The position numbers were made by a program, and so were the translations under genes. Under the pieces are notes generated by a model. It saw nothing but the letters and a program-made list of their open reading frames with translations, was not told where the DNA came from and did no database searches. A stretch of 63,488 bases of DNA, filler included, from Perkinsus chesapeaki ATCC PRA-425 (taxonomy: Eukaryota; Protista; Perkinsozoa), in the NCBI GenBank assembly GCA_013115145.1. It is 13 parts of 13 records of this genome, joined end to end, with 100 filler letters (N's around TTAATTAATTAA, not from the genome) between each part and the next. Parts side by side here need not be neighbours in the genome. Positions count along the whole stretch, not along the records: positions 55,230 to 57,438 come from JAAPAO010001653.1; positions 57,539 to 61,968 come from JAAPAO010001261.1; positions 62,069 to 63,488 come from JAAPAO010001970.1; 10 more parts are not named here. One strand, written 5' to 3'. Shown piece after piece: positions 57,202 to 63,488 of the stretch. Every line of letters starts with the position of its first letter. The first letter of the stretch is position 1.

Positions 57202-58343
57202 TGTACATATTAGTAGGGTAATGTTACGCGTTTTGCCATGTGCAGGACACTTGCCCAATTAGCAGCACAATACACAGGCTTCGGTTCTATAGTGTAAGTT
57301 ACACTGTGTAACGGTTAGCACTCCAAACTTTGAATCTGGCAATCTGGGTTCAAATCCCGGTAGAACTTTGTACCCACTAGTAGAGTTCTGTTAGCACTCC
57401 AGACTTTGAATTTGGCAATCCGGGTTCAAGTCCCGGTANNNNNNNNNNNNNNNNNNNNNNNNNNNNNNNNNNNNNNNNNNNNTTAATTAATTAANNNNNN
57501 NNNNNNNNNNNNNNNNNNNNNNNNNNNNNNNNNNNNNNTTTTTACTAATCTGTTCTGGGCTATATTAATTTGATCTTGGCTTTTACTAATTAGATCTTGA
57601 AATGGTGTAGTTCATCGAAGGTAGAACTATTGAGGATGAATACAAATAGAGCAACTGACGAACACTTAGACACGAATAGCGCCAATCCATCGAGGCTTCA
57701 AACTAGACCTCGGTTGTCGCCTACCTCCGTGACACCCGACCACCGCTGCTGGCCGGTATGCCTTTCTGGGTGCTCTTCCACGGACACACAATCGAACGTA
57801 CCTGAGAAAAGAACCGAATCGAAAATGTGAACCTGAAAAAATTCAGATGTGACATTGACATTTTTCAATAACCGTTTTTACTTCATCGAAACAATTAGCG
57901 TAGAGTGGTGTGCATTCAATGCAATGTGGCTCGATTAAGAATATCGATTGATCGATTAGGAATCTTATGAATACTTTTTTCCTTTTTTATGATAAAACCA
58001 TGAAAAACAAAAAGTCGGTATATACCACCACTGTGGAAGCGTCAACTACCAACGAGACAACTAACAATTAAGGTCTGACTGGGATTTCTTCACATCCAGG
58101 CAGACATAGATGACCATCAAATACCTGGTATTTGATATATATCGTATACCTGGGGGGGGTAATACCCCCCAGGAGGAATGAATTTGATGTTCCCTTCCGG
58201 ACTGAGACTCTAACTTATTTCCTATCAGAATCTCCTCTGGATCTTCTCCGCATTAGGACACATTTCTGTGTGGCTAGATAACTCCCGGTCCCTAACGGTG
58301 GTGATTTTTTCAGAGATCTCGGTGCTCTTTTCCAAGCCAAGCA

Positions 58344-60430
58344 TCAGCGCCAACTAAGACTAAGAGGAATTCTCACATGTGGAGTTGCGGCTTCAGTTGC
58401 GGTAACAACGATACTGCTCTTGGAGACATCCAGCATCAACGACTCCTTCGCTGGTCCAGCTGATGATCTGAAGGGGATGAAAATTGCTATATGCATCAGG
58501 TGTAACATAACCACTATCTTTGGACACTGAACGACCTCTAACTTATCTTTGGAAATAATACTTACAGGTGCATTGTAAGTTACAAATTGCAACATGATCT
58601 GCCTCTCTAACGCACACAATTTCTGTCTCCTTTAGTTTCATTGTACTTTCCAGCTCCTCATTTCACTCGTCACCTACTTCTGTATGACTAAGACTACATC
58701 CCACTTCAGGCGATAATGCAATATCAATATAATTATATCATTGCGATATAAACCTTATTAACAGGTATCATTCAGGTATCCTGTATCCTATATCGAACCA
58801 ACCTACACGGATAGGTCGGTGCACCAACTGTAAGCCCAAAGCTCGCTACCCCAAGCCTCCGCTTCGTGATAGAAAGAAGCGTTAACAATTCTCATTCGTT
58901 CTAGCGCTGTCCACTCCGTTAGTTAATCGATATTCGAACCAAATGAAACCTATCTTACCGATTAGTGCTCCTTTGGCGTTGAGAAGACGCAACCAAAGAT
59001 ACGACTTGGCCAGAGCTGCAGCTGACGAGATAACGATCGACTATTGTCATGCCTGAGGTGAAGAGGAGTGACAGCAAGACTAGTACTGTGTATACACCGG
59101 TAATGCGCTTGGGACGCCATCCGTATTTCCCAATTGCTCAATAGTTCATCTTAATTGGCCTTTGTGACTAAGTACTTTCAGGAATAGGAGTCGTTTTACC
59201 AGTTTACTATTCCTATAACAACTAACTCGCACTCCATTTCATTCGGTATTACCGCCGAATCGGTAACAGCATCGCACCGTGCCATTTCTATTTCGCCACA
59301 GATTTCCCCACCAGCACATTATACGATTTTTCCATCAGAATCAACGACACTAACCTTCCTGTGATGCTCTCGATGGTCGCTGTTGTTCCGGTAGAACTGG
59401 TAGACAGTCCGATACGTCAATGTCCTCGAAGTCGTCATAATCCTTCACACAGTCCGCGATCAACCTGAAATATAATACTCCATACGCAAGTGTTAATAGT
59501 AACATTAACCTCAACCCCCAAGCACAGTGGCTGGTCGATCAAAGGGACATGCTGCGCAAGAAAAGTATAGCAGCATTATAAATGCAATACATAAGGAAAA
59601 ACAAGACAGGAACAAGCCAGCCAATCTTTACGAATTCATAGCTTATTTCCTCCTGGCTACACCAATTCAACCCACCTCAGCCTTCTCTCCTCCTTTTTCT
59701 CGCTCGACGGCAACTCTACCACCTCAAAGATTTGCAGCACATTTCGCCCACCGACAAGTAAAGTCCTTCCAGACAGGCCAGCCACGAGGACGCGGAAGGG
59801 ATTCGTGAGACTCTGAAGGACTTCGTTAGGCTCACAAGGTAAGTTTTCGACCGAAGATTGCATTCAGCCATTCGGTAGTTGAAATGCTACCACTCGACCA
59901 GATAGGAACTGTAATATTTTCTTTAATTCGAGATAGTTCCCAAAATCTACCTTACCTGTCTCACATCGACAACTTGTCTTTCGCTGCCATCTTCACCTGA
60001 GAATTCAATTTAATGCTACCCGCCCATTGTTAACCTACTTTCAACGCCTTCCATGGCAAATTCTTCAACTCCCACTGTAGCAGCCACAGCGACTCTCACC
60101 GCTGCTGTTCGAAGTTCTACCGAGTGATGAGGCTTTCGAGTCTTGTAATGGTTCCCAGCTTGCGAACTTCTCTGAGGGAGAACCTGAAATACGTGAGATG
60201 CAAGGTTGACCTAAAGATACTCAGAGGGACCTCATCCAACCTCAAGATATGCCTTAGTGCTCCGCCATCGCCGAGAGTCTGAAAAATAATGAAATATTAT
60301 TACAAATAAAACCTTATCAACGAGAAACCGCAAATCGATCAAGTTGTAGAAGGCAGTAAGATTCAAACCAACTCACATTTCTAACCTCCACAACTGTGAC
60401 TAGGAGAACTCGGTTGCCGTGAGGGAGGAA
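58344..60430 (-). CDS. Probable multi-exon hypothetical protein; last exon resembles a CS/HSP20-like (PIH1-type) domain
   Basis: Several AG/GT-bounded segments are present. The C-terminal ESLMLDVSKSSIVVTATEAATPHVRIPL has a CS-domain-like pattern. The exons were not fully joined. Confidence 0.3.
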
Positions 60431-61898
60431 TGTCATTAACCTGAACACATGAGGTAAGAATGAACAAAGCTCCTCCTGTCTCATCACTTAATGATGTGGT
60501 TATAAATTATAAGTATCTACTTAATAATTGTGCTTTGTGATAAGTAAGGATATTATTTACACTACACGGGTATGTTTTGGTGGGGCTGAAGTGAGAAAAA
60601 TTCTTACAAAAAACTAACTATACTACCTGATAGAGAAAATTACGGGATTCAGAATATATATGTCACACCGTTTCAAACGTTTTTTACAAGAAAAATCCTC
60701 GGATGGCATTCTACGCAAAGTCGTTGGCTTCAAGCGCTTAAACTCCCTCGCCGAGGAGGGAAATTGAGGAAGTGGAAAACAGACCTAAAGCTCCTTGGAA
60801 ATGTTCTCTGAATCTTACCTCAAACACTCACGAATGTTCGAATCATTCCACTAGCGAAAGTAACGGAGATGATATCAGTAACAAAATAAATAGAGTCACT
60901 AGAGAGACTAAACGCTAACCTGTCAGAGATTTATATATAAAGTGATCACTTAACAATATTCTTACTGATATAAATATCTGATCTATCATAATTGTACTAA
61001 ATGTAATATTATAAGATATATCTATAAATAGTACTATTTTTATTTCCAGTCGTAAATTTGCGCCGTTGAAAATACATACTCTACCAACTTACCTTATGCA
61101 ACCTTGGACTTCTCCTAACATCTCAGGAATAACACATCTCGTTTGTAGCACTCGACTCGGCTCCGGCAACCCAAGCTCGCCATGCAGCTGTTTACCACCG
61201 GGCTGGTCACCATGCCAACACCAAACAACCTAGAATACGTTGAGGAAATGCAAGATCCGGCAAGATTAACAAGATATCGTCCTACCACATCTTGGCCATT
61301 TGTTGTTGCAAATACGTCGAGCTTATTAGGGTGCTGACAGATTGCTTCAACAGGAGCTTCGGCAGCCTCTCCTAAATAAGGTCCCTGGTTCGATCCCGGC
61401 ACATGTCATTTTATTCACCTTCCTTAACTATAGTGCTGCACATTGGATCAACAACATAAGCATTGGAGGTCACCAAAGGCACTTCCCGCCGCGAGCCAGT
61501 CCCACACAGTGGCAACTGAAATCTGCCGTCCGTTGACAAATGTCTTCAATCTCACCTCCGCCGCAACAAGCCTTCGCTTATCAGCGTCGAAGAACAGGGC
61601 AGTCTCGACAACACCGTTGGAGGCGACCTGGCAAAATGAATGCCGCTTGGTACTCTTCCGGCTCACAACGGCCGAGTTCGAGACTCCCCATTTTTTGTCG
61701 CTCAAATGCTTCTGTTCAACAAAGCTATTGATCGTCAGGAATACTCTTGGAACCGGCGAATATGTGGACTGAGAGAAATTATTCGGCACTGGACATGGGG
61801 CAGTTTACTTCCTGGAAAGCTTCGAGCTCATCACCGAGAATCGAGGCATCGAGGGCACTTCCTGACAATAAATAAAAGTCTAGAAGGGTTAATGGCAA

Positions 61899-61968
61899 GC
61901 CCGTCTAGCTCAGTCGGTAGAGCGCAAGGCTCTTAACCTTGTGGTCGTGGGTTCGAGCCCCACGGTGG
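61899..61968 (+). tRNA. tRNA-Lys(CTT), last ~3 nt lost in gap
   Basis: GCCCGTCTAGCTCAGTCGGTAGAGCGCAAGGCTCTTAACCTTGTGGTCGTGGGTTCGAGCCCCACGGTGG, with caagg-ctCTTaa-ccttg. Confidence 0.95.
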
Positions 61969-62068
61969 NNNNNNNNNNNNNNNNNNNNNNNNNNNNNNNN
62001 NNNNNNNNNNNNTTAATTAATTAANNNNNNNNNNNNNNNNNNNNNNNNNNNNNNNNNNNNNNNNNNNN

Positions 62069-63475
62069 TAGAGCCTTGCTATGTCTAAAACTATCATCTG
62101 ACTTATGCAACCCAACATCAGTTAGACAATAAGCGGAAGAAGCATTAGATATCTGTTGTTTATTATTCTGTAATTCTGGACAATCTCTGGCAATATGGCC
62201 ATGCTTCTTACAGTTAAAACATTCTCCTCTGTGTTTCCTCAGTGACACTTCTGCCGGGGAGATCTTGAAAGAATCCGAAGCTCTCATCTTAGGGATGTCA
62301 GATTCTTTATATCTCTGACTTTTCCCCTGCCTCAACTGTTTAGTTTGAGAATCAGTCATAGTTTGATCTCTTGACCTTTTCGGGCCACGGCGGCCATCAG
62401 TATACGATGGTGCCTTCTGAGGAACTCTCCCTATATAATCATCAATAGACGACTCTTTATTCTGGATAGCTGCAGTTTGTAGTCGAGATAAGACATCTTG
62501 AGGGGAAGTACTCTTGTTGCGAACGTCATTGACCAGGGTACCGAAGCCAGAGTCATGATTGTGGGCACGTGGACAACTTTGAAGAACCAGCTCAAAGAGG
62601 CAGGCACGGAAAGACCAGTCAAGTTTCAAACCTTTCGTCTCTGAGAGTTTACCGCAAAGATAAGCCTCTTCTTCGACGATCCTGGAAAAGTCAACGTGCC
62701 CAGCCTTCTTGTAGAGACTTGACCATCTTCTTAACATAAGGACAGGGTTACTATAGTCCTCACATGACTCTAGTTCCACCATCTTGTCTTCGACAGTCTT
62801 GCATAGGTCCGCACACTTGTTGACCCACTTTTCGTAAGCTCCTTTGATGGTAGTCATATATACAGAAGATTGGGAGGCATCAGTGTCAGGCTCCCTTATC
62901 AGTCTCCATGAGAAGATATCAGCTTCCTTGTTGAGTTCGCTTTTTCCATCACTACCGATGGCCACTATATGGTCCACAACCATCTGACGTAATTCAGCCA
63001 CAACAGAGCGCGGCAGAAAGAAACTATACGCCAGTAATCTCAAAGGGGCTGCGCTACCTTGGACCCCGCTAAGAGCAAAATCCAAGAGCCGACAGAATTT
63101 CGACCAGCGCCAGTTTCCCTTTTTGGCACGAATGCCGTCTAAGCCTTCTTCTCTGGGACCATCCCAGTGTTGCTGGATGTCCCAACTCTTTGAGAGAGCT
63201 TTAAGAGAAATACCAATAGGCTTCCCTTCTGAGCCGACAAATTGCATGTAAGATATCGCAGTTGATCTAGGATTAGCTCCGATTGCGTGCTCAACCAATT
63301 GCATGCAAGTCAGTTTGTCGCTATACCATGTCCATCCAAGTTCTGTGGTCGCCTGTGCTGCGGAAGCGATAGCCTTACGGAGGAGATCGCCTGGTCCTTT
63401 CTCGGATGATGCACCATGTTCAAGGTTCAGAGGCGAAATCGGCTCTCTCCTGCTATCCGCAGTCACAATTGACAT
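62069..63475 (-). CDS. gag: Long Gag-like retrotransposon ORF with zinc knuckle, open into gap
   Basis: At least 469 aa with CFNCKKHGHIARDCP. The frame continues to ...SFRHSKAL at the contig end. Confidence 0.75.
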
Positions 63476-63488
63476 ACCACTGGATGAC

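Larger units (their letters stand above)
55381..57438 (+). repeat. Tandem array of tRNA-Gln genes and pseudogenes (~150-bp units, ~15 copies)
   Basis: Repeated GGTTCTATAGTGTAACGGTTAGCACTCCAGACT(T/C)TGAATCTGG...GGTTCAAATCCCGGTAGAACCT with ~80-bp spacers containing GCGTTTTG. Full-length starts are at 55484, 55637, 55790, 55944, 56173, 56326, 56570, 56812, 56965, 57130 and 57283. 5'-truncated copies lie near 56037, 56433, 56677 and 57390. Confidence 0.95.

Noticed and set aside
55381-57438. CRISPR-like repeat-spacer appearance
   Set aside because: The repeats are tRNA-Gln cloverleaves, the spacers are homologous to each other, the genome is eukaryotic and there are no cas genes.
61375-61405. 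tRNA-like T-arm fragment (ccctggttcgatcccgg)
   Set aside because: No D-arm, anticodon arm or acceptor stem could be built.
61899-63475. Retrotransposon apparently inserted next to tRNA-Lys (tRNA targeting)
   Set aside because: The two lie on different contigs joined by an artificial spacer.

Overview
Eukaryotic protist DNA, most consistent with a Perkinsus-like alveolate. This is an inference from an apicomplexan-type profilin, short GT-AG introns and expanded protease and transporter families. The window is 13 contigs joined by artificial 100-bp spacers (N44-TTAATTAATTAA-N44), so adjacency across spacers is not biological evidence. Host genes: PP2C phosphatase; an intronless tandem cluster of pepsin-like aspartyl proteases (1 canonical, 1 with a DSA motif, 1 frameshifted, 1 relic); profilin; a multi-exon TerC/Alx membrane protein invisible in the ORF track; a triplicated family of secreted Cys-rich proteins; an S9-like peptidase; three equilibrative nucleoside transporter ORFs; tRNA-Lys(CTT). 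Mobile DNA: a hAT-like end, a Tc1/mariner-like end, two divergent tyrosine-recombinase (DIRS/Ngaro-type) retrotransposons and several LTR retrotransposons. Two unrelated gag genes end in the same G GGA AAC slippery site plus hairpin (-1 frameshift signal). The most unusual structure is a ~2.1 kb tandem array of about 15 tRNA-Gln genes and derivatives, with both anticodons, one UUA (ochre-reading) variant, recurrent palindromic D-arm insertions and 5'-truncated half copies. All exon structures were assembled by eye.
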